Shown here piece by piece: positions 23,400 through 37,481 of a stretch of DNA of 64,000 bases. A program made the position numbers and the translations under genes. The stretch is from NCBI RefSeq assembly GCF_018977255.1, contig NW_024704743.1:54934001-54998000 (forward strand), read 5' to 3'. Numbering within the stretch: the first letter of the stretch is position 1; each line of letters begins with the position of its first letter. The notes under the pieces were generated by a model, which did not search any database, was not told where the DNA came from, and saw only the letters and a list, made by a program, of their open reading frames with translations. Source of the DNA: Callorhinchus milii (Eukaryota).

Positions 23400-24006
23400 C
23401 CCTCCCTTCATCACACCCAGGCTCGACTATGCAAACTCCCTGCTTGTTCGCCTCCCCAACTCCTACCTCTACAGATTGCAGATCTTCCAGAACTCTGCAG
23501 CCCATGCCCTCTTCTGCACTAGGCTCCACGACCCTATCAACCCCATTTTCGCTTGACTCCACTGGCTTCCCATCTCTCAGAGGATACATTTCAAGATCCT
23601 GGTCCTCACCTTCAAAGCCCTCCATGGTATTTCTCCTCCCTACCTCTGCAACCTTCTAACTCCCTACCAACCTGTCTACTTCCTCTGCACAGCAGGTTCC
23701 AGCCTGCTCCACATCCTCTACCCGGCCAGCCCCACCATCAGCGGTCGGGCCTTCAGCCTCTCTGCCTCCACCCTCTGAAACTCCATCCCACAGTCCTTCC
23801 ACCTCGCCCCCTCCTTTGCCTCCTTCAAGACCCGTCTCAAGACCCTCCTCCTCGACTGTGCCTTCAGTCACCCTCCTACCCCTACCCTTCCTCCACCCTT
23901 CCTGAACCCAATCACCAGCTCACGTGCAGATCCCTAACTGGCCAGCGCCTTGGGACATCCTCCTACCTGAAAGGCACTATACAAATGTAATTTGTTGTTG
24001 TTGTTG
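23400..24006 (+). mobile_element. L2 LINE 3' fragment
   Basis: FITPRLDYANSLL..LQIFQNSAAH..LHWLP; L2 tail with (tgt)n. Confidence 0.92.
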
Positions 24007-24121
24007 TGTTTCTCCCATAAAAATATATACAGTCAATTGACTTTGCAGTGTATTCTGTGAAGCGCTTTGAGATGTCTTGAAGATGTGATAAGGCACTATA
24101 TCAAATGCAAGGATTATTATT

Positions 24122-24290
24122 AAATTGTGCAGAATTGTGGAAAAATGTTTAATTCAGACTTGAATTGGTATCGGTTTCTTTTTAAGAAGTGTTGAAAACT
24201 GGCTTTAAGAATTTTCCACAATTCTACACCAACGTAAACAATTAAGGCAAAATTATTTTACAGTCAGATATTAGGTGGGATTTTGGGCCT
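24122..24290. mobile_element. Palindromic MITE (family M)
   Basis: Inverted arms gcagaattgtggaaaa / ttttccacaattctac; right terminus aggtgggattttgggcc. Confidence 0.6.
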
Positions 24291-26164
24291 CAAATCCATT
24301 CTGAAATGACATAAATATCACCTTAATAGTTTGGAAAACGAGAGTTTGTTTTCCCTCAGTTACAGATTCCCATCCCGTCATAAATTTGCCCATCTACCAG
24401 CACTTGTATCAGGGATTTTAGGCATCCTATATTCAACTTCTAAGACAATAGCCTCCTGATTCTAAAACTATTGAAAATACTCTTATAAAATCTGTGTGAA
24501 TGAATTGTAATTGATTTCAATCCGAGCAAGAAAGAAGTGGTGCACAGAAGCAAAAAGCTTCATACAATGCATTCTCCAGTTCAAAGAATATATTATAACC
24601 TTGCTGATTGTTTTTATTTTGGTACCAAGGGCCTTAAAACAAATACCATCTGCATGTCGTGCTTACACTTACACAATTCTTTATTGGAGATTTTTTTGAT
24701 GGAAAACACATGTTTATGTGCTGCAGGCAAAAGATTAGAACACAATGATCTTCAATTTTATCATAAGCCTTTGTTTTAAAAAAAAGAAAACAATTAAGTG
24801 TACATTAAGTTAGCAGTAAGAGCACATAAAACATCACAAGTTATTTAGGGATAGAATCTCTGGACAATGGATACTAAATGTCGAGAGAACATTGTACCAC
24901 TGTGGACAGCTGTTTCACGCATTGTTTATGCCTTAGTACATTTAGCATGAAACTTATGCAATGTCTGTTCTGAATTAATCTATTTGGAGGTAACAGTATT
25001 TTCTTCGAATCACTTGGCATTTAAAAATCTAAGAGAGAATGGAGCAAGAGAAGACCATCTGCCTCACAGTCACATGAAAATTGTTTTGCCAACAAAACAG
25101 AGTCAGTACACTTAACAACAAATCCTGCAAAGCGCTTTGAGACATCCTCCCAATGTGAAAGGCACTATATCAAATGTGAGGATTATTATTATTTTTTATA
25201 TAACTTACTATATTGTTCTAACTTCTATAACTTGCTATATCGTGACTTTTAACCTTATCTTCACAATGCCGTCCACTGGGTTGAAGGCCCTAACCCTCGA
25301 TTTTACTTTTTGATTCTATTTTTTAGTTACAGAGAACACATTTTCACACTCTTCTAAAGATCCTGTATCAAAATAAACTAGAGAAGTACTTATCCAAGCT
25401 CTCTAAGGGACAAGAAACAAACCAATCATGCCTGTCATCATGCTCCTCCATTGTTAAGCATTCTGAGGCTCTACTCCATATGAAGGGCACTATATAACTG
25501 CAAGTTATTGTTGCATGAAGAATGGAAAACTGAAATGACGATGGTCAAGTTTGAAATTGAATCCTGGGGACGGGGGTAGAGGAGAGAGGAGTAGAGAGAG
25601 GGAAGAGGAGGGGAAGCGAGCTTTGGATCGGTGTCACCTCGTGCCATTCCTTGTACTACATTAGTTCCATTATGAAACCAGTGTTGTATGTAAATATTAA
25701 ATATCACCAATGCACCAATAATTAATGCCACAAAAAGTATAGAACACCACAAATATTATCCCAACAGGGGTTAATGTCCATTAACTACCAGCAAAATCAT
25801 CAGAAAATGTGGATATTCAAAACTTAGATGTGGGTCAACCCAACCTTTGCACTGAGTTGCGACTCTGTTATTTAAATGCCAATAACTATTGTTTTGCAGC
25901 GTGTTATGAAGTTGCAGTGAACGGATCCCTACCTTTAGTGATCAGAGTAAAATAGATTGTAATGAAGTTTAGCATTCCATGATAGGAAGAAAATCCTGAG
26001 GCCAGCTACCCTACTCATACTTTTATTGGGCTATATTTGTTTATGGCTCGTTTGTAACATCCTGCCCAGCTGCTTATTTCATTAGACTTCACTTTACATG
26101 CAACAAATCATTGTTAAGGATACTGAGAACTTTTTGTACCAATTTTATTTACCGCTCACTTTCA

Positions 26165-26770
26165 ATAGAATAATCGAATCATAGAATATTACAGCACAAA
26201 AGGAGGCCATTCAGCCCCTCGTGCCTGTGCCGGCTCTTTGGAAGAGCCATTCAATCAGTCCCACTCACCCGCTCTTTCCCCATATCCTTCCAAATCTTTC
26301 CACTTCAAGTATCTATCCAATTCCCTTTTGTAAGTTGTTATTGAATCTGTTTCCACCACCCTCTCAGGCAATGCATTCCAGACCGTAACAACGCTCTGTG
26401 TAAAATAATGTGTCCTCATCTCCCCTCTGGTTCTTTTGCCAATTATCTTGAATCTATTCCCTCTGGTTACCCACCACCTGCCAGTGGAAACAGTTTCTCC
26501 CTATCTACTCTATCAAAACCCTTCATAATTTTGAACACCTTATTAAATCTCCCTTTACCCTTCTCTGCTCTAAAGAGAATAATCCCAGCTTCTCTTATCT
26601 CTCCACATGACTAAAGTCCCTCATCCCTGGTACCATTCTGGTAAATCTCCTCTGCACCCTCTCCAGTGCCTTGATATCCTTCCTAAAGTGTGGTGCCCAG
26701 AATTGGATACAATACTCCAGCTGAGGACTAACCAGTGACTTATTCTTTGCTTTTGTACTCTATGCCTCTA
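26165..26770 (-). mobile_element. CR1 LINE 3' fragment
   Basis: rc of cagctggagtattgtatccaattctgggcaccacactttagg..ctggagagggtgcagagg; 3' end atcatagaatattacagcacaaaaggaggccattcagccc. Confidence 0.88.
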
Positions 26771-27139
26771 TTTTTCATTCTGTTTTGCACCATTTGACAG
26801 TTCTAAAGCTTTCCATGAATAAATTGCCTCTTACAGTAGCATGATAAAAGATAAAGGTAAATGTATGCTATGTCTCTTCATTCATTTATACCATTGTTGT
26901 TTTAGTGTACTGTAGCACTATAATGACACTTGAACACTCTCTATATTATCATGACCATTTTTCTCACAAGTGTCACAGACTGTTCACAGAGGAGTAAGGT
27001 TGACAACATTTCAATTTCAATCCAATTGCTCATAGTGAGTATATGAGCCATTACAGTATTAATGTCATACAATATGTTGTATAGGAATCAGAGCTTTACA
27101 GCACAGAAGAAGGACATTCAGCCACTTTCACTCAGCTGG

Positions 27140-27880
27140 CACATGCCTGTCGCATGTCCCTGACCCCTCCACACCACCATTGGCACTCCTGCCTTCAGCC
27201 GCTACACCCCTAACCTCTGGAATACCATGCCTCAATCCCTCTGCCTTGTCCCTCTTTATCTATCTTTAAATCTCATTTTAATACATACCTCTCCTCTCTT
27301 GCACTAAGCACTCTGAGATGCTATGCTGCATGAAGGGTGCAATATAAGTGCAAATTCATATTGTTGTCTGTGCTGCCGATAATCTGAGTTGCGTTAACAA
27401 CAACAATAAGATTACATTTGTTAGCGCCTTTCACAGACGTCCCAGGGCACTGGACAGTGTACATCATTTCAGACCCGAGCTGGGGTTGGGGGGGAAGGAA
27501 GGGGAGGGGAAGGGGGGTGGCCGATGGCATGGTCAAAGAGGAGGATCTTGAGGCGGGACTTGAAGGAGGCTAAGGAGGGGGCGAGGCAGAGTGACTGGGG
27601 AATGGAATTCCAGAGATTGGGAGCAGAGTGGCTGAAGGCCCTCCCACCAATGGTGAGGCAGGTGGGTCGGGTTACGTGGAGCAGCCCAGAGCCCGCTGAG
27701 CGGAGGGAACGGGTGGGTTGGTAAGGGGTTAGGAGGTCACAGAGGTAGGGTGGGGCGAGGCCATAGAGGGCTTTGTATGTGAGGACCAAGATCTTGAACT
27801 GGATCCTCTGAAGGATAGGGAGCCAGTGGAGTCACAGAGTTTGGTGGGGAGAGGACACAGGCTGCAGAGTTATAGGATCA
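27140..27880. mobile_element. Two L2 3' fragments tail to tail (+ ~27140-27370; - ~27398-27880)
   Basis: ORF 27469-27789 YKALYGLAPPYLCDLL..GGRAFSHSAPNLWNS; an older + strand copy precedes it. Confidence 0.85.
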
Positions 27881-29574
27881 AATGTGCAATATTCCCAGAT
27901 ATGATTCGGTCATTGATAGCCACTTCTGAGTTCCAACTTCTGCTTTATGATTTCCCTGCAAGATTCCTAAAACAGGTTTTGCTCGCAGGTCTTATTTCCT
28001 AATTTGCTAGTCGAATTTGGATTATCGCAATTTGATATTTATGCAACATGTAATGAGTGTATATCTGTTTTGCCAATACAGCGCTGCATTTTTTGATCCC
28101 TACAGCTGTTTTTTCCATTCTTAGCAAGTGCTCTCCAACTGATTAAGGGCCCAAAATTCTGTTGTGTGTTAAAAAGAGAATTAGAATGATTTCACAAACT
28201 GTTCAAATTCTTATTGATAAACTCATAGTAACAACCAAAGTTCATCAGTGCTACGTGTGTGACTAGAGTGCTTGTTGCCATCAATATTAACAGCAACAAT
28301 TAGAAGGCATGTTAAACAAAGAGAATTTCACATTGCTACAAATTCCAATTTTAGCTTTCAAAGCGGACCTAGCCTATAAATGCAGCTGTAGAGCAGAGGA
28401 ATTTCAGTCAACAATGACTCAATTCAAAGATCAAGTTTTGGATATGGCCTTCAATTCCTTATGGACACATAGCAGATTGCTTGTGGAGAAAGCCAGCTCC
28501 CACATTGGAATCAAGCCAGGAATAGTGGCTTTACATCATGATCCGTGTGGAGACATAGTGGATACAAGTCCTCTCTCCGCTACATGGGGATTCCAGTTTC
28601 TGTTCCTCCATTCACAAAAGGACTACAATTACTGCTATGACCATTAATTTAATTTAAAACGTGCTGCTGTTTCATTGTTTGCATATTTCACCTTGAACCC
28701 AAACACCAACTCCTAGCTGGTTCAGTCTCAATAACTCCAAGTCAACAAGTGACTATCTTCCTACTGGATCCTCCTACTGGGTCTGCAGTAATCCAGGGAA
28801 CTGCTGATGACAGATCAGCCAACCTGGATCAACAGCAGGGCTAGAATGGACAGACCAGTCACTGGGAGCAGTGATAATTAAGGAACTCATGGGCAGAAAT
28901 TCCACCTAGGTCCAGATTTACTCTATTTATGTAGAGTTTTAGTCTCCATAAATTGACAAATTGTTCAATGTAGTGTTATCTCTGAAGTCAGTTTTCTGTA
29001 GTTTTTTTTAAAAAAATTATAGGAAAACAACAAACCAACTTCATGTCCTGCCCCTAATCCACCATTTGAAAAGGGACAGGAGTTTCTCCCATAGTCAACT
29101 ACAGTAAACCTTACATAATTTGTATCAGTTGAGACCAATCATTTAATATGACATGCCAAACAATATAATGACGTATATGAGTTATGTCAAACTTGCATAA
29201 GTCGTATCATATATGACTTATGTAAAGTTATCTGTAAATTGGATTTTATATGACTAACAAATAACAAAAACAGGACACAAGTACTCAATTGGCTGGTGAC
29301 ATTAAGGCAAGGTTTATGTATCATGTTTAACCCATGCCTATTAAAGGTATGATAGCCTATTCTTTCCATATAGAGTGCTGCACAGTACTGTACCTCATGT
29401 ACAGAAAACATGTACTGACAATAAATGGCACAACCAAACTGGTTTCAAAATAGAACTGTTTTATTAGAATATATCTTACAAAGATTGATTCACATGAGCA
29501 GGGGTGGTCCAATATCTTGGCTGCTGAGGGTCAGATGCCCTGTTTGAGAATCACAAATGCGGTCCTCACTTACC

Positions 29575-29605
<31 letters not shown>

Positions 29606-29660
29606 CTCTCTCAATTGCCGATTCTCTCTCTCTCACCCTCTCTCTCAATTCACTCTCTCC
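29575..29660 (+). repeat. (CT)n microsatellite region
   Basis: Directly visible. Confidence 0.9.
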
Positions 29661-29699
29661 TCATCACCCCTGGGATAGAGAGCGCGGAGAGCATTAGGT

Positions 29700-29910
29700 G
29701 CACATGTTTCTACGAGAATTTTTTCCACACAGCGAGTTGTTCAGATCTGAAACGCATTGCCTGAAAGGATGGTGGAAGCAGAATCGATAACAATTTTCAA
29801 GAGAGAAGTGGATAGATATTTAGGCAGGACAAATTTGCAAGGCTATGGGAAGAGAGCATGGGAATGGGTTTAATTTGGACAGCTCTTTCAAAGAGTAAGC
29901 ACTATGCGTG
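29700..29910 (+). mobile_element. CR1 LINE 3' fragment
   Basis: ttccacacagcgagttgttcagatctgaaacgcattgcctgaaagg..ttcaagagagaagtggatagatattt. Confidence 0.75.
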
Positions 29911-30687
29911 CTGTACCGGTAAATTTGGTAGTGACAAGTGAGATAGTGGTGTTAGAAGATACCTGGTTGTTAACACGATTAGTGCATTTAAATTTGAGTG
30001 GATTTAATAGGAAATTGAATGGGACTTGGGCAGATATACGACTTGGGTGAGTTTACAAGTTATACAGACCAGACTTATACGAGTTTTATGTTTTGTCAAC
30101 GGTTCCCTAGCCAACAATCCTAACAATCCTCCTAATTAATTGATCACTCACTTTATGGGTGTTTGCTGATGTAAATAGTTACCATGTTTGCCTATGAAAA
30201 ACTGTCACTGCATTTGTCACTGAATACGTACTTATGAGGTGCTTTGAGACTTTTTGACTTGATAAGGTGCCATACAGAATGAAAGTTCTTCCTTTTTAAA
30301 TTATTTCAGGAACACTGTGTGCTCTGGAGTATTAATATTATTCAGATGTTTGAATAGTCCAGCAGTCAGTGAAATTTGTTGGTCATACCTTTCTTTCACT
30401 GACACCAGTAATATTTAGGAGAACTTATTAACAAATGTATATCCAGAATACATGAGCTAGCTGTTTATGAATAGATTGCAATGGGCACTTTATTCTCAAA
30501 CACAATGATTGTTTTACTGTGAGATCAGAGGTAATTAATCACTCTTTAGAATATTTTTGCAGGTGATGTGTATTGTATAACTTCACTTCTTATACCCATA
30601 GATGTAAGTTTAGTTAATCGATTCAAAATTATTATCCAAAGTTACATAGTTGGATAACAAACTATGAAAAACATTAAGGTTCCTCAA

Positions 30688-30733
30688 GGAAGGCAGGAAG
30701 GAAGGAAGGAAGGAAGGAAGGAAGGAAGGAAGG
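30688..30733 (+). repeat. (GGAA)n microsatellite
   Basis: Directly visible. Confidence 0.95.
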
Positions 30734-30814
30734 AGCATGTGTGTATGAGTGTGCATATAAGTTTATGTGTACAAGTATATGTATGTACATATGTTCGTAT
30801 GATTATGTTTGCAT

Positions 30815-31610
30815 ATAGACCTGTGTATTTCACTTCAGTTGTAGGAAAGCTATTGGAAACTATCATAAGGGGTAAAATAAATGATCACTTGGACAGGTAT
30901 AAGCTGATTAAGAAAAGTCAGCATGGATTTGTTAGGGGAGGTTCTGCTTGACAAACTTGGTGGAATGTTTTGAAGAGGTCACTAAAGTGATGGATGTGGG
31001 AGGGTCAATAGATGTTGTTCTAATGGATTTAATGGATAAGGCATTTGATAAAGTTCCACATAAGAGTCTGTTAACTAAAATTAAGGCACATGGGATTGGA
31101 GGGATCCCGTTGACATGGATGGGAAAGGCTAATGCAATTTTGGTATTTATAACAAGTGGGCTGCAGTCAGGAAGCGATGCTACAGTTGTACAAAATGCTG
31201 GCCACGCCCCATTTGGAGTATTCTGTGCAGTTTTGGGAACCAAACCTTAGGAGGGATATGTGGGACCTGGAGAGTTTACTAGAAATGATGCTCCCAGTGT
31301 CAGGAGCCTAAATTATGACGAAAGGATGGAAAACTTGGATTGTTTTCTCTTGAGCTCAGGAGATTGAGGATGATCTGATCAAGGTATACAAAATTATAAA
31401 GGGATTTGACAGGCTACATGATGAGCAACTGATTCCTCTGGCGAGAGAACTAAGGACTAGAGGCCATAATCTTAAACTTGAGGTTAAAATGTTTAAAAGT
31501 GAAATAAGGAAACATTTTTTCACATAGCAGATGGTGGAATTCATTCCCCCACAGAGAATTTGGAGACAGAGTCAATTGAAGAATTTAAAAATTTATATTT
31601 GATAGACAGG
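30815..31610 (+). mobile_element. Internally deleted CR1 LINE
   Basis: YRPVYFTSVVGKLLE, QHGFVRG, TNLVECFEEVT, KAFDKVPH, then a jump at ~31120 directly to KANAILVFI (RT core missing). Confidence 0.9.
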
Positions 31611-31614
31611 GGTA

Positions 31615-31972
31615 CAACAATAATAATCCTTGCATTTGATGTAGTGCCACTTCACGTCTTTGAGATGCCTCAAAGCATTTCATAGAATATACTGTAAAGT
31701 GAATTGACTGTGTATTTTGTGGGCAATGTGTGCAAGGCAGTGTCCAACAAACAATAGTGGATTGAGTGACCATAATTTTTTTAACAAAAGACGGATTATT
31801 ACCCCAGGATAAGCAATCTGCCAATTGACTAACAATCAGGTTTCTACTTATTGTTAGGTCAACAGAGGCATGTGGAGTACGGAAACTTGTCCAACATTTC
31901 GCCCTGCCCAGAATCAAAACCAGGTCCTCTTGCTTGCAAGGCGAGTGCTCTAAATACAAAGCTACAGGACTC
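31615..31972 (-). mobile_element. tRNA-Ala SINE, long form (family B)
   Basis: Family A head and tail plus a ~75-nt internal block between ctccacatgcc and taataatcc. Confidence 0.85.
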
Positions 31973-31984
31973 TATTTATTGGAT

Positions 31985-32960
31985 TTAATATAAATTTTAA
32001 AAATGGAAAAAATAAAGGGACTAAAATCTCCAGGACCTAATGATTTCAACCCCAGGATATTAAAATAAATAGGGGATGAAATTGCAGATACATTAGTGAT
32101 GATTTTCCAAAGCTCTCTATTTTGGGGAATTGTGCCCTTGAAAAATAGCAAATGTCACTCCATTATTTAAGAAGGGAGGGAAACAACAGACCTGTCAGCT
32201 TAACACCAGTTGTGGAGAAGTTACTGGAATCTATCATCAAGACAGTGTGACTGAGCACATGGACAAGTATGAGCTGGAACAAAAAGGTGAGGAAATGATG
32301 CTTCAGTTGTACAGAGCCTTGATCAGATCCCATCTGGGGAACTGTGTACAGGTTTGGGTACCTCTCCTCTGGAAAGATAGATTGGCTCTGGAGTGGATGC
32401 AGGGCAGATACACCAGAATGATACTAGGGCTTAAAGGGTTAAATTATGAGGACAGGTTGCACAAACTTATTCTTTATTCTCTTGAGTTTGGAAGGTTGAG
32501 GGGTGATCTAATTAAATTATATAGGGATTCAATAGGGTAGCTACAGAGAAACTATTTCCTCTGGTGGGGAAATCCGATAGAAGAAGGCATAATCTTAAAA
32601 TTAGAGCTTGGCCATTTATTTAGGAGTGAAATCAGGAAGCATTTTTCCACACAATGGATAGAGGAAATCTGGAATCTCCCCAAAAGGCTGTGGATGTTGG
32701 ATCCATTGAAATTTTCAAGACTGAGGTGGATAGATTTTTGTTAGGTAAGGATATCAAAGGCTAAGGGGCAATGGCAGGTTTTGAGGCACCGATCAGCCAT
32801 GATCTAATAGAATGACAGAACAGGTTTGAGGGGCTAAATGGCCTAATCCTCATATCAAGGGAGATGAGAAAGGCCGGAGAGGTGGGATTGAGTTGCGGAT
32901 TGAAAAGTGGTGCAACAGGCTCGATGGGCTGAATGGCTTACTTCTGTTGCTATGTTCCTA
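31985..32960 (+). mobile_element. Internally deleted CR1 LINE with two 3' ends
   Basis: KSPGP.DF.PRIL, ANVTPLFKKG, then a jump at ~32280 to LQLYRALIRSHL..LGLKGLNYEDRL..RLRGDLI; 3' motifs gggctaaatggcct and gggctgaatggctt. Confidence 0.88.
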
Positions 32961-34419
32961 TGTATACATGTGAAGAGTGAGCTATGACCTCAATAAAATA
33001 TATAAATATATAAACAGCATGTCTCACTTAGAATAGGTGCACACATACGTACGTGCTATCTTTCTCTAATTGGATCTTTGTTGGTTTCTCTCTCTTTCTA
33101 ATCCATGCAGTCAAAATGTTGTACAAAACATTTCGCTCCCATGTCTTGGTTACTTTAATTCACCTGAATTGCTTTGGCTTTCGGTGAGTAGTATGCACTG
33201 AAAGGGTCACAGAAAACAGGAAAGAACCCAATCTAAACTCCGTTACTTTGGTCTTATTCGGTTCGAAACAAGCGCCAGTTTCAAAGGCTGGGTTCTGGCC
33301 AATTTCAATGGCAGGAAGCAACAAAGAGTTCCTGCCAAAACAGAGTTATTAATATTTCCATGAACTCACAGGGTTGAAAAAAATATTTTACTGAAAAGTT
33401 TCACATTGGTAGTATAAGTTAACAATGAACTTTGACATAGATCTGGGGATGGGGGAGGGGATCACCAGCACAGCTCAACTTCATGGAGTGAAGACTGATG
33501 TGTATGATGTGATTTTATCATGTCACTGAAAATTGCAGTCAGATTGTTCCAATACTTTTACCTGACTTGGTGAATATGAGAGGCCCTCTCTCTGATTTTG
33601 ATTCATTCTTTTGATTGAGCTAAGTGACATTCCTGTAAAGTGGCAGAGAAATATTTCCATAGCAACAACCAATGTTTAGGGCCAGCTCCAGGTCAAACCG
33701 TTCTTCAATGATAATAGTAATAATAATAATAATAATGGGGAGAGAGTTATTGCCCAATGATACGGTCACAATTTTTGGCAAAGTAATAATGTACTGAAGA
33801 TAATTAAGACATTGCCACAGTCACATCTCTCGTGACTCTTGATCTTTCATTCTCGTATCATTAGTTTGATTGATTGACAGTGCAATATACAAGCACTGTA
33901 GAAGCTCTTTGAGACATCCTCCCAATGTGAAAGGCACTATTTAAATGTAAATTGCATTCTATACTCTTCCTTGTCTTATTTAATATGGGAATTCAGGTAC
34001 GCTATATTGTCAATGTTGATCTGTAGTAATCAGTGTCATACTGCTTAGCATTACTAACAACATATTGCATGTAACCTCAAAGAATGCTTCACACAGATAG
34101 TGTCTCAGAGAGCTTTAGAGTGGCACAGCTTGATGCCTGGTTGGGGAGGTGATTGTAGGCACGGTTGAAGAGGAAGGTCTTCAGATATGATCTGAAGAAT
34201 TCTTGTAAAGAGTGATAACGTGAGCCAGATATCAATAAAATATGTAAATAGCATGTCTCACTTAGAAACATTAGAGATTGACAGCACAGAATATGATTTT
34301 CCATTTAGTTTGCCCAGGACATAACCAGACAATGTTCCAGAGAAGGAAAAAAATTGTGTAACTATCCTTGAAGCACAACTGGCAGTCATGCAGAATAATA
34401 AAATTGCACAGTGTGGATT

Positions 34420-34712
34420 AAACTCCTTCGGATAAGATGTTAAACCGAGATCCAGTCTGCCTGTTCAGGTGGTCGTTAAAGATCCCATGGCACCATTCAA
34501 AAAGAGAAGGGAATTTCTCCCAGGTTTCTGGCCAATAATCCCCCAAATAAATTGGTCACTTACTCCATGGCTGTTTGTGAGATATTGCTGAGCGCAAACT
34601 GGCTGACGCATTTGCCTACAAAATACACAGACACACCATTTTAAAGTATAACCTGTGAAGTGTTTTGAGATGATAAGGCACTGTACCAGATGCAAAGATT
34701 TTCATTATTATT
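34420..34712 (+). mobile_element. Deu-domain SINE (family C), 5'-truncated
   Basis: gataagatgttaaaccgag..aaagatcccatggcaccattc..tail atgcaaag. Confidence 0.8.
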
Positions 34713-35455
34713 ACACTATAAATGGTAATATGGGGGGGAAAATGGTGATATGACAATTATCATTGGTGCTGATTATCACATCCCACCTCACATTTTTCAT
34801 CCCTGATTTTTCTCAAATCCTAATGATATCCAGGAATTGCTACATTCACTCAGTTTGTGGTTTTCAAGATTGAATTTAGCCCTTATTCGTTTTTCTTTAA
34901 AATGAGCTAAAGGTTAGAGGCAATAACTCAGCACATTAAACATTCTGACCATATAAAGTAATCATCATTATTAAAATGTTAACTTGTTACTGTACAATCA
35001 TGCGAATTCCATTCCTAAAGGACACAAACCTTTGTGATCCTGGATAGGGGATCTAGCTAGCCACTAATAAGATTACTTTTTGAACACTTGTCTGGCATTA
35101 GTTGGGCTTTTTAAACTTGCCAGATGTCTGTCTTGTGGTCATTTATAAATTCAGTAAACATACAAACTGACAGTATTCATGTAGCTTTATTAGTTTAACA
35201 TTTTAAATCTATTACTGGGAAGTCACCAAGCCTGATAGTAATTGAATTAAGGAGCAACAGAGTTAATGGGGTATGTGCATAAGAAGAAGGTGAATTTTAG
35301 AGGAATAGAACTGAAGAGAAACAATACACCGTGAAAGGGCATGGGAAATTGAGATTGAAGTAGTTCTGGTAAAGGATAGCACCGTGAGTATAGGCGTGAT
35401 AGGCTGAATGGCCTCCTTCTATATTGTTATTTCTCTATGACCATACTCTAAGCAC

Positions 35456-35644
35456 ATGAGCAATGATTAGACAAACTGGGCTCTTCATTCTAGAAAAGAC
35501 ACATCTCTCAGGGGATCTTCCAGTAAATCACAATCACAATTACATTTCTCAATCACATTTAGAATCTTATATACCGCTGGAAAGTCCCCTCTGAAATTAT
35601 GTTTTCAAGCATGAAGAGCCCCAGCTTGTCTCATCATTGCTCAT
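35456..35644. repeat. Inverted repeat (~68-bp arms) made of CR1-like sequence
   Basis: atgagcaatgattagacaaactgggctcttcat.. versus rc of 35577-35644 atgagcaatgatgagacaagctggggctcttcat.. Confidence 0.8.
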
Positions 35645-35881
35645 ATCTCATTCCTCTAACACTGGGGATCAAACTGACTGTTGTGTTCGCCTACAAATTC
35701 ACACTCACTGCGCTTTACAATAAAATCCCATGAAGAGCTTTGAAATGTTTTGATCACCCCCATCCTTGCACAGCTTCATTGGCTCCCCATCCCCCAGAGA
35801 ATTGAGTTTAAAATCCTGTTCTCACCTTTAAAGCCCTCCACGGTTTTGCCCTGCCCTATCTCTGTCATCTCTGTCATTTGT

Positions 35882-36208
35882 GGAGACCTGTGGCTCAGTG
35901 GTTAGAGCACTCGCTTTGCAAGTGAGAGACCTGAGTTCATTTCCAGGCAGAGGGCGAAACCTTGGGCAAGTTTCCTTACTCCACACAGAGCCTAATAATA
36001 ATCCCTCCAAAACTAAAAACAATAATAAATTGGTCATTTTCAATCTACGACTGTTTGTGGGACATTGCTGTGCGCAATTGGCTGCCGCGTTCGCCCACAA
36101 ATATAGTCAATTCACTTTACAGTGTACTCTGTGAAGCGCTTTGGGACGTCCTCCCGACGTGAAAAGCGCTATATCAAATGCAAGGATTATTATTATTATT
36201 ATTATTAT
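35882..36208 (+). mobile_element. Young tRNA-Ala SINE (family A) nested in an L2 fragment (35755-36290)
   Basis: L2 sequence continues across the SINE; TSD atctc (35867-35871/36207-36211). Confidence 0.93.
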
Positions 36209-37481
36209 CTCCTAAAACCCTACCAACCGTCCACTCCTTCCACTCGGTGGGTACTGGGCTGCTCCACATCCCCTGCCCGCTCCTCCATTGGAGTTAGTTA
36301 AACAGTATCAAGTACAGAACCCATTTTGTATTCTGGCACACATTTTGTTTGTTCCAGAAAGCTCTTGTTTAAACAATGGTTCTTCAGAGTTTTGTGCCTT
36401 GCTGAGACTATGATCAAAGAGTTACTGTTATGAAATGAAGAAAAGAAGCCTTTGCTTGTGAGAAGCACAAGCTGTGACTTAGCGATCTGATCACCTGATA
36501 ATACCCTGTGTTTGGTTGTTAGGAAAGTGAGTTCAGTTGATTGCACTGCAGAGTGAAGCTTCTTCATACTTAGTAATAGTCAATTACCAGTGAAGTCACT
36601 GACTTGAGGCTGCTATCCAATATTGCATAGGACACTGGTAATAGATCCGAAAGCAACTTATGTGAGTCAGAGTCTGACAACATCCAGACTAACAGTGTTC
36701 CAGCACGTCTGTGAACCCTGTAATGTTGTTGTTTTTTTCAGGGTATTGAAAATAAGACTTTTAAAAAAGAATAAGATTCCCATTTATATTTTTAAACAAT
36801 CATTATAAGGCGGAAGCTAAAAGAGTTTATATTAATTGATAGGTGTATAAAATGAATGCGTGACATTGCTATAAACAATTTGTCTGCATAATTGACTACA
36901 TATATACAGCAGTAACAACAACTTGCATTTACGTAGCACCCTTCACTTCATGCAGGGTAACACTCAGAGCACTTAATTGCAGTCATTACTCCTTACAGTA
37001 AATCCTGTGAATCCCATTGAGATATATTGTCCATTTAATAACATGCCATCAAATGCAAGGGTATTATTCTATTAGTAGTAGTGGAGTCAGTTATCCAGTA
37101 GTACCATTTATACTGATGAATTTAAATTTGCAGCATAGAAAAGGCAAAGTTGTTTCTCAACAGGTATCATTTGTTTTGCAAAAAAGCTAAGGCTTTGCTC
37201 GTGCAAGGTAGCAGCATGTTGCAGTACAGAGGAGTAGGATGGAAACTAATACCTGAAAATTTTCTTCATGTCAACTTTTCAATCTGATCCAATTTGTCAG
37301 TAGCAGGTAAAGGCTGTGTGTTTTCATTGATGGAGGGACAGGCATTATCACCAGGCCAGTTATGTCTGCCTCCTAGTGGCTGACTATATAGAGATACAAT
37401 ACTTTGAAGGCTGCTTTGTGTTCAGAATACAGGTAGTTATTGTAATGCAGTAACTAGCTGAGTTCCAGTCACAGTTGGTGG

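Noticed and set aside
28309..28647. 112-aa ORF (also 39659-40045 and 56241-56633)
   Set aside because: No recognisable domain or coherent exon structure; lengths are within chance expectation for 64 kb in six frames.
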